From Oopsacas minuta (Eukaryota; Animalia; Porifera): a stretch of 64,000 nucleotides of DNA. The notes under the pieces were generated by a model, which saw nothing but the letters and a program-made list of their open reading frames with translations, was not told the DNA's origin and did not search any database. Positions 1 through 13,500 of this stretch are shown here, one piece after another (within the stretch, counting starts at the first letter, position 1; each line of letters begins with the position of its first letter). Made by a program: the position numbers and the translations under genes. The stretch is from contig JAKMXF010000255.1 of the NCBI GenBank assembly GCA_024704765.1, forward strand, positions 124,001-188,000, read 5' to 3'.

Positions 1-1251
1 TTCTACAAATAATTCTATGAGGATTAACCTTAGGAATACAATAATATTCAAATTGTACATAAAAATACAAAAGAATCTCTCAATAATGATTTGAATTATC
101 AGTCATACACTGTAACATAGTTTATTAGTGTAATTATTATTAGTACAGCTTAATACAGTAATTACCTTCGTAACGAACGATAATCCTTGAGCTTCGGAAG
201 ATTAAATAAGGATTGTTTGTATTCATTTATCAGTTGTTAGTAACTTGGAATTATTACAGAGATTAATTGATGAGGAAGAAACATAGAAATTCCATCGCAA
301 TAAACATATTGCAGATAACCAATATGAAGCTTTGTATTGTCTTCTAATTCTCAATACCAATGCAATGAAATAAGAGTTAAGCTAGTATCAATGTAGATAG
401 AAAACTGAAGGAAAATGCCGAGAAATAATGGAATTAGAGAATTGGCTCAGAATATCGCTGTCCATTAACTAAATATTAAAATGCCAGATATTTCCTCAAG
501 AGATCTTTGTTACTTAATTCCTCTGAGAATATTAGCTTAATGTTTCAGTGGAAAAGGCTTGTCAATAATATTTTATTTGTAATAAGTTAGATTAATATGA
601 CAAATAGTATTAAAGTTATGAATAATAACATATTGATAGAAATCAACATGTCCTATTACGGTCATAAAATTATAATCAACCAAAAGGTAGAATTGCCCAA
701 TTTTGAATTAAATTATATCGTGGGTAGCAATAGACAGTAGAGGAATGAGATTTTAGGCGAAAGTAGGCAAATGATAACTCTAATCTAATTATCATGAACA
801 TTGAAGTTTATGCGAAACGTAATTGAATGTTTAATATCAAATTAATGATGATAAATAATTATTGATAAATACAAGTATGCCAGCAGCTGGGCTGGAGAAA
901 TCGCCTAAAAATCACTAGTACTGAAATTCAGGCCACTTTAACCGCCGATTTAAATAATGGCTATGGAATTTGAGTATAGGAAGTTAATTAATGGTGCTTA
1001 ATATAACAGATATTATAAGAAATAGATGATACGTCCAGAGTTCAAATTCTGGATTTAGATCCTAGAAGGATTAGCTTTCATTGAATGAGGTTATAACTAG
1101 CTAGACCAAATACACCGTTGCAAATAGTAGGAAATTAGATCCCATCGATAGCATCGTGAATATTGAAATACAAGTTTAATAAAGTGAATATCAAAAAAAA
1201 ATGATACAAAAGATAATAAAATTATAAGATGATGAGAAAAATAATATTGTG

Positions 1252-1572
1252 TTAAAATAAGTACTCTTTGAGCCTTGCCTCTAATATCTCCGTATTACTA
1301 GCCACTAGATGTTCCAACTTTAGGCTGTTACGGATGAACACAAAACTAGGCATGGATTGAATGTTATACGCCTTAACAATATTTGTTGATTTATCCACAT
1401 CAACTCTCAGGAAAATTACGTTCTCATGTTCAGTAGCTAACCTCTCTAACACAGGATTCATCATGCTACAAGGACCACACCAATGTGCGAAAAAGTCAAC
1501 GAGAATTAGATCTTCCGTGCCCTTGATAATCTGTTCAAGTTCTTCAAGAGTTTCTATGTCTGTTATAGGCAT
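1252..1572 (-). CDS. TXN: Thioredoxin (canonical, single exon, 106 aa)
   Basis: Complete ORF with VDFFAHWCGPC active site, VDVD strand and cis-Pro motif SMPSF; typical thioredoxin length. Confidence 0.93.
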   Translation of the reverse strand: MPITDIETLEELEQIIKGTEDLILVDFFAHWCGPCSMMNPVLERLATEHENVIFLRVDVDKSTNIVKAYNIQSMPSFVFIRNSLKLEHLVASNTEILEARLKEYLF

Positions 1573-1968
1573 ACTGAATTATTTCTAAAATATCGTAAAA
1601 GAAATATTCTTATTCGATTAGTGGTAATAGAAAATATACTAAATCACATCAAGAAGTTCAACAATTCATGAGTGTCGTTAAATCATATTACACTTTAATA
1701 TATTAAGTAAAAGCTTAGTAACAATAAGAATTCCACCAAACGTATTTGTTATATTCATCAGCTGAGCTGTCTAGCCATATGGACACTATTTATCGCAATC
1801 TCGAGGGTATACACAAAACCATTAGATTTCTACTATCATCCCAGAGAATATGCAACTTCATAGACAATAGTCCTTTTAAGTGAGAGCCAATCAAATCGCC
1901 CTCTAATCTCCTCCAACCAATTAAATATGCATTAAAATTGAATTGTCGCTATAATTAAATCAGCTTGG

Positions 1969-2421
1969 ATGCCACAATTAATTGAATCGCCACAAGAAGC
2001 ACAAGACACAATCACTGGAAATATTGGATTAAGTGTTTTTGAATTTTTCTCAAATTGGTGTGAAGCATGTAATAAATTTGGTGATGATATCAGTGAGTTT
2101 GAAAAGGAGTTTTCCCAAATAAAGTTCTACATGATGAATGTTGAAAATAGTGCGATGAAAGCCTTGATGAAGGAATATCGGATATGTGCGATCCCTAGTT
2201 TTATATTCATAGAAGACGGCGAGTACAAAGGGATCGTTCAAGGAGCAGATGTAGAGAAGTTAAGAGGGGCACTTAAGGAATGGGTATTCGGCCCAGAGGA
2301 AAATATCTCAGGATCTTGTTCCTCAGATATTGGATTAAAGAAATTGTTCACAGATTTGGAGACAAGTGAAGAAAATATTGAACAAACTGAAAAGGAAATT
2401 CCAACAAAAGGACAAGCTTGA
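1969..2421 (+). CDS. Thioredoxin-like protein with WCEAC site and acidic C-terminal tail (150 aa)
   Basis: FEFFSNWCEAC CxxC motif, AIPSFIFI cis-Pro strand, GAD motif; divergent from the TXN gene across a 396-bp spacer. Confidence 0.85.
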   Translation: MPQLIESPQEAQDTITGNIGLSVFEFFSNWCEACNKFGDDISEFEKEFSQIKFYMMNVENSAMKALMKEYRICAIPSFIFIEDGEYKGIVQGADVEKLRGALKEWVFGPEENISGSCSSDIGLKKLFTDLETSEENIEQTEKEIPTKGQA

Positions 2422-2582
2422 TAGAGTTAACAACAAGCATTTGAGATAACAAAGATCCAGAAATCATTGAATTTGTCATTTTAACGGTTTTTGTATTTCA
2501 AGTTTGAATATACACGTACTTGATAAGAACTCTTTGACAATGGAATGTTGAATTAAAATATGTTCATTCGGAAGAGATGATA

Positions 2583-2817
2583 CCGTTAACTGGGGTTACT
2601 TTGGCCCACTGGGTTTGCTTTAGCCCAAATATTGAAATTTCCTTACGTATCGAATAGTTAATGTATTTGTATCAGAATTATCTACCAATATTTGAAAATT
2701 CGTTAAAAATTTGGTAAGTCATATTCAAGTATAACACTGAATCCAATCTAGTTTCTTTGAAACTTTGATATTTGGGCTAAAGCAAACCCAGTGGGCCAAA
2801 GTAGCCCCAGTTTACGG
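2583..2817. mobile_element. MITE, IS630-Tc1-mariner/pogo-like, about 50-bp TIRs, TA target duplication
   Basis: 2583-2632 CCGTTAACTGGGGTTACTTTGGCCCACTGGGTTTGCTTTAGCCCAAATAT is the reverse complement of 2768-2817 with 2 mismatches; flanked by TA at 2581-82 and 2818-19; no ORF. Confidence 0.9.
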
Positions 2818-5107
2818 TAATTACTTTTAAGTTATTACAAATAAAATTATATTATATTCACAAAGTAATTTGAATATACAGACCGACATCTTATACTCCT
2901 TACTATTAGCGGACAATTGTTAATGGAAATAATAATTAATTCATCTGTTTGGGTAGAAGGTAATTAATAAACAGATATCACATCCTCTTCAGTAACATTA
3001 TTATTTGAAGGTCAAAATTAGTATCGAAGACTAAAAGAGTTTGATAAACTCTGTTTCAATAATGCGCGAGTAATTTCATTCTTATTCACCTAGAACGTAG
3101 TCAAGAGCTGATTATTAATAGAATTCAGTATCTTGTCAACCTTAGGTTGTTAAACAATTTCATAAAATCTAGCTTCTCTTCCTAAGATCTATTTCAATGA
3201 TTAGATGAGCTAAAATAAGTACACACAAGCTCTTGAAAGAATTCTGTAAGACTAATTATTACGTAATTAATAAGATAATTAAGTAATGTGATATAATTAG
3301 CATTCAAGTGCATGTATCAGACACAATTTGAAAACTAAAGAAATAGATTACGTACGAAATATCAAAATACCAAGATACACAATATTTTGGAGAAAACATA
3401 GATATCTGGATAATCATATTCAACGGCGTCAAAATAGTCTAAAATAAATGATCTTTCCAATTTTAATGCTCTAATTCGTGTGCGTGATGCTCACAATGTG
3501 TCTATCTAACGATGTATGGTCAGTTAAATAATCATGACCTTCTCATGGAGCAAATAATATTGTATTAAAACATATACAGCGGAGATTTAAGGTATATTGT
3601 CTTCAAGATAGATGTAGTAATAGACCTATCATTGTATGAATTCTAACAAAGATTAAACCCTCGAGTTGTGTATTCTTCAAATAACTTCGAATTGATATAA
3701 CGTTAAACCAAAAATTTAATGTATTCAACTCAATAATCGGCGAAATGCGAAATGATTATATGATGAAGAATCTAATCAGACTGATTATAATATACTAATG
3801 ATATTTTTGGGAAGAACTTATTTGTGTTGAGTATTGAAATTAATCATCGTGACAGATGTAGCTTAAAAGCTATGGACCTTCAGCCTCATTATATCTATTC
3901 TCAAATATAATAAATTTGTTGGGGAATCAGTCTAATTGGTGGTTTCTCCTGACATGTGTATTAGTATGTATGTGTTCAATCTAGTGAAAGGAAAATGACA
4001 TGACGTCAATGAATATACATTTGACATATACAATGATAATAGCATTTTCATAGAATATTACGATATTAGCTTTCCAGATAATCCTACACAAATAATATTA
4101 CAAACACGTAGTTTATTAATCAAATAATGAAACGTATGGTTTTATTAACTGTCAATTGTTGAAATTGTACAAATTCAAACAGTAAACGAGCCTTGACATG
4201 TGTGTTTATAATGTTAGCAAGTTTATCACCAAAAATAATAAAATAAGGCAATGAAACCCAGTGAAAGTTATAAAATTCAATCAAACCATATATTAATTCG
4301 CAGAAGCTAATTAAATCAAATATGCATTGAGGAAGTCATATTTAATAATCGCATAAAATCTCAGCTAATTCCCTACATACAATGTACATTGTTACAATAG
4401 CAGAATTATAGAGAATATAACGCATGGTTAATATGAAGAATATTCTTAGATATACATTTCAAGATTTCCTATTCAAAAAATGAATACACCCCTTGTTGAA
4501 ATTCCCAGACAAACTTCATTAAATATTAATGAATATCAATTATAGGATTCTATCATATAAAGTCAAATGACCAATTAATCAATAATAATTACAAGTTCTC
4601 CCATTTAATTCAGCTAAAAGAGCTAATCCGAAATTGTTTTGTAATTCAGATTATTATTAGGTCGAGAATTAATTCATTGTATTAATCTCGGATTGACGCT
4701 TATACCCAATTGCATTCAATACTACCCAACCCAACCAAAATTGATAGAATATGTTAAAAGTTATTAGTATTAAAGCAATACTCAAATAAAAATTAACAGT
4801 TCGAATACATTTAATACATCAGAGAAATGTACTAAAATTACATTTGTTATAAGCGATAATAAGAGGAGGGTTAAGGCAGTAGAGATGGGTTGAAAACTTC
4901 ATCTCATTTCGGAGATATCAATAATATGCGAGGATAGGTTTACACATGAATTAGCTAGGTTGTAGTCTGTTCGCTAATCATGGTTTGAGGATATTTTGGC
5001 AAATAGAGGTATATTTAATTTCATGTTTGCTTAATACAATAAAAATGCGGGTGAACCAAACTGGAATCAGGATAATTAAAATCACGGTTGCTAGGTTCAC
5101 TTGATTT

Positions 5108-5728
5108 CTAAGGGTGAACTTCTTTTCGACAGAGTGGACAATTTCTTTGCTTGACTAACCAATCTTTCACACAGTCTCTATGGTATTCATGGTTACAAGC
5201 TAGAACATTCAATTTGTCTCCATCCTTATACTCGTCCATGCAAATAACACAGCTATCTTCTTTATCCTTAGCTTCTGCTAACTTGTATTTCCTAACCTTG
5301 AGTCGTTTCAATTCTGCTTTCGTTAGTCCCTGTTTCTTGGGCCTACTTGGCGTATGAGGAATTGACACAGGATGTATAACAAACCCTTGTTCTTCATAAG
5401 GCAACAAATTTGTGTTAGGATGATACGAATACGTTGGAACTGAGTAATCATAAGGTTGGACAATTCTACGCGGATTCTGTACAGGTCCTCCTCGGGTTAT
5501 GACAGGCTGAGGACAGGTAAAGAATGGATTGGGGGTGGCAGGTCGTGGATATACAGGAATATTATATTGCTCTGTTTGTACAGGAGCAGGAGGTAATGTG
5601 AAGTATTGAGCGAAGTAGTTATGAATTGGAGTAGTCTGATAAGAGTAGTCATAATCTGGCGAGTAAAACTGATTCTGTTCTACCGTGTTGTTATTGTTAT
5701 GTACAGGATAAGCAGCTGGTGTTTGAGC

Positions 5729-5774
<46 letters not shown>

Positions 5775-6775
5775 AATTGTACATGCTGTAAAGGCTGTAG
5801 AGGCAAGCCTTGTTGCGGATACTGCTCGTATATTGGTTCTGGTTCCTCTACGGGAGTTTGTGGTGATGGAACAAGCGGAGGACTTGCTTGATCTTGTTGG
5901 GCTATAACGGTTGGAGATTTAACTGAAACAATTACTATTTCTGATTCAACATTATTTGTATCATCTTCATCAGGAATAAGAATTGTTTCTAATATTTCTG
6001 CTCGTTGTGTTCGACGGTTATCTCTCTCTTCGAGATCGGGTTCGAGTCTGAGAGATGATGAAGTGGTAGATTCTGCGGGCATCTGTAAAGGCGTGAAAGT
6101 GGACGGTGGAGAAATAGAGACACAATGGCTAGCAGGTCTGTAGCATGTTTGTGAGATAGGTGCAGGTGTAGATGGTTGATATCTGTGATGTGAACATTTC
6201 ATCTCGTCTGTCTGCTCCCGAGTGCTGGTGGGAGATATGCTGGTGTTCAGGATTGGGCTACGGCTAGGACTGGAATTGGTAGGACTCTGGGTGTCGAGAG
6301 GATATTTTACAATCGAAGTTAGACATGGTGATTCAACCTGAATGGGTGACGTGTGTTGAGATATCTGTTGGTAAAAAAATTGTTGTTGTGTTTGGATATC
6401 TGTATTTGTTTGGTAAGCTTGTGCATTGACGGATTGTCCATCCCTACAAAAACGTTTCGCACTTTGAGAGACAGCGTTTTGACAAGGAAATGGAGTATTT
6501 CTATTTTTTCTTGGAGCCAATCTTTGTCCCTGATACATAACTGCAGACTGTATAGGTAGACAGTACTGCTGGTTACTTTGCAGGGCATAGTAGGGATGAG
6601 ATGGTTGTTGCAGTCTATGTACATGCTCGTATTGGTAATTTTGGGTTTGGGGCATTGCCTGGTTGACTTCGTTCGGAATAAAAGTTTGGTAACCTATATC
6701 TTGCTCTACCTGCGGCATTTGGGGGTAGCAGTTATCTTGAGCAGCAGTTTGATAAATTGGATAACGTTGGGCCAT
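5108..6775 (-). CDS. RING-H2 E3 ubiquitin ligase (RNF38/RNF44-like) with long Q/P/Y-rich N-terminus, intronless, 555 aa
   Basis: C-terminal C3H2C3 RING (CVIC...CNHEYHRDC...CPLC), preceded by KQGLTKAELKRL, which resembles the RNF38/44 pre-RING GLTKADI motif; uninterrupted ORF. Confidence 0.85.
5729..5773 (-). repeat. Pure (CAA)15 microsatellite encoding polyQ15
   Basis: 15 uninterrupted TTG units on the + strand inside the RING-H2 ORF. Confidence 0.97.
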
Positions 6776-7570
6776 TTTCTGTGTGAGAAATTTGAAATGT
6801 ATTTGGTGTATTTATAGGGGAGCGTCAATGTAAGTAGACTTACTTCTGAGAACAAATCGATCTTTAAGTGAAGCAATTCTGGACTCTTTTATATAAGTAC
6901 GAATATCTAGGGCCTATCTATTTTCAGAGGAATATGCAATGTTATATCATTGTTAAATTATCAGAGATATAGAAGCGAATGGAAATAGTGAGGTTTGTAA
7001 CTTGTAGGATCTTATAAGACTTTTGTTATTTATACTTTTGATTTGCAAGAAGAGATAATAATTGCTAGAAGTTGTATTATTCAAGCGCTGGTTGAAGTTA
7101 TTCCACGCAATATCAAATTAACATAAGAATTCAGACATAATTACAATCATATATTGTATTAGATAAGATTTCATATTTGAATGACCGATTGCATTGTATT
7201 CGATGGAATGCGTTGCATTAACAATAAAAGTACAAAGCTATACAATGACGATAAATAAATACATATGCATTCAAGTCATTAAAAGCGTATAAAACATTCA
7301 GAGGGAAGTCATGACTCGCTATAACTAACTTAAGCCATTTAATACACAGTTATGAATACAAATGCATCCAATTAAATAAAATACAAACAATTTTCTAGGA
7401 AGCTATGTCTAAGATTATTAAAAGTACTTTTTAATAATATTAACAGAGAAAGGTACAATCTTGGCACAAACAGACTGTATATGACTATATTATACGCCGG
7501 AGAGTGCAGTTAGGTAATTTCTAAGTTAAATACTACTAGCTAACTAGGCGATGATTGCTAACAATTGTCT

Positions 7571-10500
7571 TTAGTTGATTGTTTGTGGTGCTGTTGTTGA
7601 TAAATTGGCATCTTCACTTTCCTCAACTTTCTTCTCATCTTTCTGATCCTCTTTTTTATCGTCCTTTAGTTCCTCTTTTTTCTCCTCAGTCTTTTCTTTC
7701 GTCACATCCTCTCCCTGGGTTTCATCTTCATCGTCGCTATCTGCGAAATCTTTCGGGTTTATTTTCTCATATTCTACTATTATTTGTTTGATGTGTCCCT
7801 GTAAAGATTTTAGATGCTGAGAAGCGGTTGATGTAGACGAGAGAGCACGTGATTTTATGTAGCTCTTGAGCTCTGTAACCCATCCTTCACATATTTCCAA
7901 AACTAATTCCTTCTTCAGATAAAAATGCCTGAGAATAACCTTCTTGAAGCAAGGAGGAGGATTCCGTATCTGCTCTAGAATCGCCCACCTAGCTGTTGCC
8001 TGAGTTATATTAGCGTTATACTCCTGACTACGTTGTGTTCCACTCGGTGTCCCTCTGCTCTGCTCGTACCCTGGCTCGTTAAAGTATGGCTCTGGCACAA
8101 GAATAAGAGACTGAACTGACACTAAAACTTGTAAGAAACTAGAACTTTGGGGATTCCATCTTTCCTCGGGTCTTCCATGCCATGTGTTTAGAATACTAAG
8201 ACAGACTTTACCATCGTTGTAGAGATTAGGATTAAATCTTATCGTTCTCTGTCCTGTCGTTTCAAGTTGTAGTAACATTGGGGATCCTGGATAATCTGAC
8301 GTGAAGTACACGTCAAATATGAAGCAGCCGTTACCATAGGGCGTGTCCTCAGGCCCTGTTATTAATACTTTCATAACATCAAGTCTATCCTCGTCTGCTC
8401 GTACGAATACCGAACTAGATTTAGACAGAGGGAGAGAGGTAGCTAGAGTTGAAATTTCTTGGGCTAATCTCCTAGCTCTTCTAGGGTTGTTAATGTTAGA
8501 TTGTACACGAGAAGACCAGTAGAATGGGTGTGTGAAACTAACGCTACCATTCTTCTCAGTGACCAGCTTCCAGGATGCGAATTGTAACGGATACATCTGT
8601 GACATGTAATCAGTACCTAATGCTTTAGAAACAACATTACCACCTTGTTGTTCCTCCTTCTTATAAGTTTTAACCTTCTGAGAAGCGAGTGCAGCTGTCT
8701 TTTGCACTTCTTCTAGGAAGAAATTAAGATGCTCCGGGTCAACAGGTTCATCTTGTTTGGACCCACCACTAGTCTGCTCTATGTACTGCAGCATGGCAGA
8801 GGAGAAAGGAAGAGTTGTGTCAGCTGGGGTAGGCTTAGGTGTTGTTGGCGTTTTTTCAGGTTTCGTGGGAGATTTATCAGTTTTAGCAACTTGTTTGAGG
8901 TAAGTGTTAACTACTTTATTCATTGTAGTGAGATGCTTGTGTAGACAATTCGTGGAGGTAGGATCGTCAGGTAGCATGAGTGGGATAAAGGAAGGCACGA
9001 CTACGAACTTCTTAAAGAAACCCATCAGTGCTGTGTAAAGAGGGACATGACGTGACATGTCTAATACAGAATCATTTCTAAGATATGATTCTAAAGCTGA
9101 GAGGAGACATGAGTGGCTGAATAGGTCATGTAGACTATTTGGGATCTGGTAGATACACTCAACCTCTGATTTATTCGTATCAGGGGTAGTACAGTCTCCG
9201 AGATAGGATGCTAATATATTCAAACAGAAAGTTATATGTCTTTCTTCAATCTTCTGTTTTGAAACCATCTCTTCAAGGTTCCACTTTGATGTAGTAGACC
9301 CTGTACCAAACCCTGTTCCTTTCTCCCAATATAATTTTCCACCCTCAATCTCCCCATGAGTCTTATTGGGACTCTTCTCCATAGAGAGGTGTGTGGACCC
9401 TGCTAGATCTTGCTTTGGATTTCTAGAGTCGTGATGTCCCATTATAGCAATACAGTGTAATATGTGGTGAATAATACCGACCTGATAAACTCTATCTCTT
9501 AGAGATTGGTTAGCAACTTGGTCTAGCTTGCTATCTAACAGCTGTTTGATAATGAAATACGGCTGTAACGGTAGAACCTTGATTATAGTGTCTCCCAGCT
9601 TAAAAATAGGCTTACCATTACCATCATCTTCAGCTCCGAATAATAACCGTAACATACACTTAGCAATGAATGGGTAAGCTAGTAGAGGCTCAGATATTTC
9701 CTCAATCTTCAAGCATAATCCGAGTAATATAATAGAGTTTAGTGGTAGTATAGTGCTAATATTAGCTTCTGCTGAAGTAAGAGAGCCTTTTATTACCTCG
9801 GGGTATACAGGCTTATGCTCCTTATTATTCTCGAATAAATTCTCAGTGTGCGGCCAGTAGTTAGGATAGATTAAGGGGAGATATTCCGCGAGTAGAGTTA
9901 GACCACCGCAGCTGGCGAATAGCTCCATCTGGCTAGGAACAACTGTCTCATTTGAGTCAGGTGTTTTCTTCTCTCCCTCACCAAACTCAAAGAAGAGATG
10001 CAAATGATTGCTGGAGTCAATCGAACTCTTTCCTTTGTTCTTCTCAATTTTAAGAATAGCAGATTTAGATCCTATGGGCATGGATTTGAGAGTATCATTA
10101 CGGAAGAAGTTAACTTTCTTGGTGTCAATAACCGGTTCCTTCTTTCTACTAGGTTTTCCGCTATCAGTTGGGAAAGCTTGATTCGAGAGTCCAGAACTTG
10201 AGACGATATTAGCTAACACGGTATCATTAGGATTCTCAGCTAGAACAGATAGAACATTCTCTAGCGATGCTTCTGTTGTACTGTCAGCTTGTTGTGATAA
10301 TTTAATAGGAGAGGATGGAGCAGGAACTCTTGCAGCAGACAGCTCATCATTCTGTATATATTGAGGCACAATTTTAAAAGAGTTTGAGAAACTTCCTATG
10401 GTTGTGCTAGAGCGAGTGTAAACCAAATAACGTCCATGACCACACCCGTATCGGGGATGTTCTAGATTACACTCAGTAACTTTGACTAGATTATTACCGA

Positions 10501-13500
10501 TGTAATAGCTAAGCGTTGGCATGAATTTCCCGAGACTGATAAAACTTTTTTCTTCACCAATTTTACCTTGTTTCCTGGGTATCAGGTATATCTTAACAAT
10601 CTCACTTTCAAGAATAAAATGCAGAACTAGAGACTGTACGAAAGGAGGCAGGAGAGATCCTTTGGGTGTTGAGTGTGTTCCCTCTCGAACGCTAACGATA
10701 GCTTTTCTCAGAGCATTGCATAGCATTTCTACTACTACACGCTGGTTCTTAACATGGTGACGTGATACAGATAGGAAGAAGTTGAGTGCAGCGTCCTGAC
10801 ACGCTCTGAACACTGCTATGTTTAGAGTCTCTGTTGCCATGGCTGGTAAGCACAGGAATTCCAGAAGGGATAGCCAGAATTTTCTGGGTTCTTCGGACCC
10901 GATCCAATCTTTCATTAGAGACTGATCATCTGCTATTTGTGAGAAAAATTGTAAGATAAGAGGAGCGTCATCTAGAGATATTCCTTCTCTGTCCAACAGA
11001 CTCATATTTTGGTCAATTAGGTTCTCAAATAGGATTTGTAATCTATGACAGAATTGAGATGGAATAGCTGAATCGAGTAGAGATTGTACAGAAGTGAGTG
11101 ATTGAGATGCACACGAGAGAGTACCCAGTAAGGAAGCAAAGTTCAAAACTTGTCGGGTATCAGAGGTCAATAATACCAGCTCAGATCGCTGCAATAGAAT
11201 AGTAAAGTAAGGAGGGAAAGCATAGCAGAGCGCACATAGCAATAAATCAATAGCTCTCTTCATTCCTATACTAATTGCTGGATTCTGAGCAATGCCGATA
11301 ATACCGATTATGTCTTCCTTAGTGATAAGATCATTGATAAAGCTAACCATACCAATCTTCTTGCTTGTCCAAACAGCTGTAGATAAGACATGCACCATTT
11401 CAGGGAGACATTCAGAGTGTTTCTCTATTGCCAAAATGCGAGGCTTCGCATAGTGAATAAATGTCTTGAGTCTTTCAATACTCACTTCATTTGTAGCTAC
11501 AGTTAAATGGAAGAGAAGATGCATAAATGAAGTTGTTATCGTTGAAAGCGGCTGTCCTTGAGAAGTATCAAGGTAATGAGGAGGATTAGTTAGTTTGAAA
11601 TAGTTTGGATGTAGTAGTAAGTGTGTAAGCTGCATTGCAATCTCTTTAGAGTGCTCTGCTAATGTGAGTAGTATTGCTTCGATCTGTTGGAGCCCTGACA
11701 AACTAACAGGTGCTGTCAGGAAGGAAACTAGTGTGTTTAACATATTAGCAGATTGCATTGAAGTGCGTACTATATCAGGAGCAAGATTGGAGTGTGTTAT
11801 CAATAGTTTGCATAACATTTGTATCCAAGGGTAACTAGCGTGAGGTGGATATACTTCAGTCAGAGGTTTGGCATCAGCTGGTATTTCTGCTACATCTGTG
11901 TATAGAGAAGTACCCAGTAGACTAATAGTGGATAGAGATATTGATTGGAAGTCTCTAGGCTTACAGAGATGTATATTGAGTGCTTGTACTACCTCTGGGT
12001 GTGTTAACTCAATACGAATAGTACCTAACCCGCTTGTACGTATTGGAGTAGCTACTGGTATATCAGGTTCACAACCTAGATTTCTAGCTATATCAATAGC
12101 TACGTAGGATGGACAGTATTGATACGTAGTGCTCTGTACATTTAGTTGTACAGCATGTAGTAGTACAGGATGTGGAAGATATATGTATAGAGTAACCCAA
12201 GCTTTAGGATAATCTCTGAATTGACAGTTCCAAACAGCATTACGACAGCGAGCAGCACGTTGTGATAACAGATTCTGTAGCATACCTGTACACATGAGGC
12301 CGTTAGTATCATTGACTATTATAGAAGCTTTTCCACTAAAGTGCAATAATCCTGTTCCCTCCTCGACACGTGCCTGGGATGATCCTCCTCCTAACGTGGT
12401 TATGGTATCAGACAGAGGACCACATGAGTGGTTCAGACACAACTTAGAGCTACGCATTAACCCGGTCATAACTGGTGTGAGACTGCCTAGGTTTAGGAAA
12501 CCTTCAGCACATGATTGATAAGAGAGAAGAGAGCTAGCAAACTCCAGCAGGGGATCTGATAGATAAGGCATATGTACTGATTGCTGAGAGTTCTGCTTCA
12601 AGAAGTTAGCTAGAGGGGCATAGAGATTATCCATCATATGCAGAGGAGTATGAGCTATCAGGGTAGACATGAATTGAGTGACTTTAGAGTGTAAATAGAA
12701 TATTGTGGATTCTGTTTCTGTAGTGTAGGCACTAGCTTTCTCCTTTTTCTCCTTAGCAAGATTCTTGTATACTTCTGGAAGCTGGCCAAACCGGTTCAGT
12801 ATGTGTAATAGGAGTCTTATCGTATCAGGATTGGATGTCAGGATCTGAGTTATTTTATATTTATCAGCTACATAGCTGTTTATCTTCTCAGAAAGTTGTT
12901 TAGTTGCTTCTTGCTCTTGCTGTCGTTTCTTCGCTTCCAAACTTTTCTGATCTTCCAATTCTTGTTCAGCAGGACTTTCACTATCTCCCGTCTGCTCACC
13001 AGCTCCATTTTCATTAGTATCGAGTAAGCAAAGAGCGAAAAATTCCTCCAAATTAACGTCGACAGGTGCGTTCTTAACCTTAGATACTTTTGTATTACTG
13101 TCAGTAGTATCCACGTAAGGATCTAAATACAACAATACTAGCTTTTGTAAGAATGTTATGAGAGTAGAGCAGAGACGAATTGGGCTGAATGTATCTGGGA
13201 AAAATTTAATTTTGTTTATTTTCTTCTGCCAGTAAGAATTATTAGCTGGGTCACTTCTGCAGTAAACTGGGCAGGATTGGTTTAGTACATGAGCTATGTA
13301 ATTAACTGCATTGTGTGCGAAATCAGACAAATCAGATGGTGATATGAAATTAGTTTTGAGAGGGTGTTTCAGGTCTGCTTGTAGAGATTTTATCATGAGT
13401 GTGAGAGCTTCACCCTGAGAGAGCCTGCTCAAACGATCACGAGATCCGAACAGCTTAAACAGAACTTTAAATATCACTCCATGCCATATTTCTATCTCAT

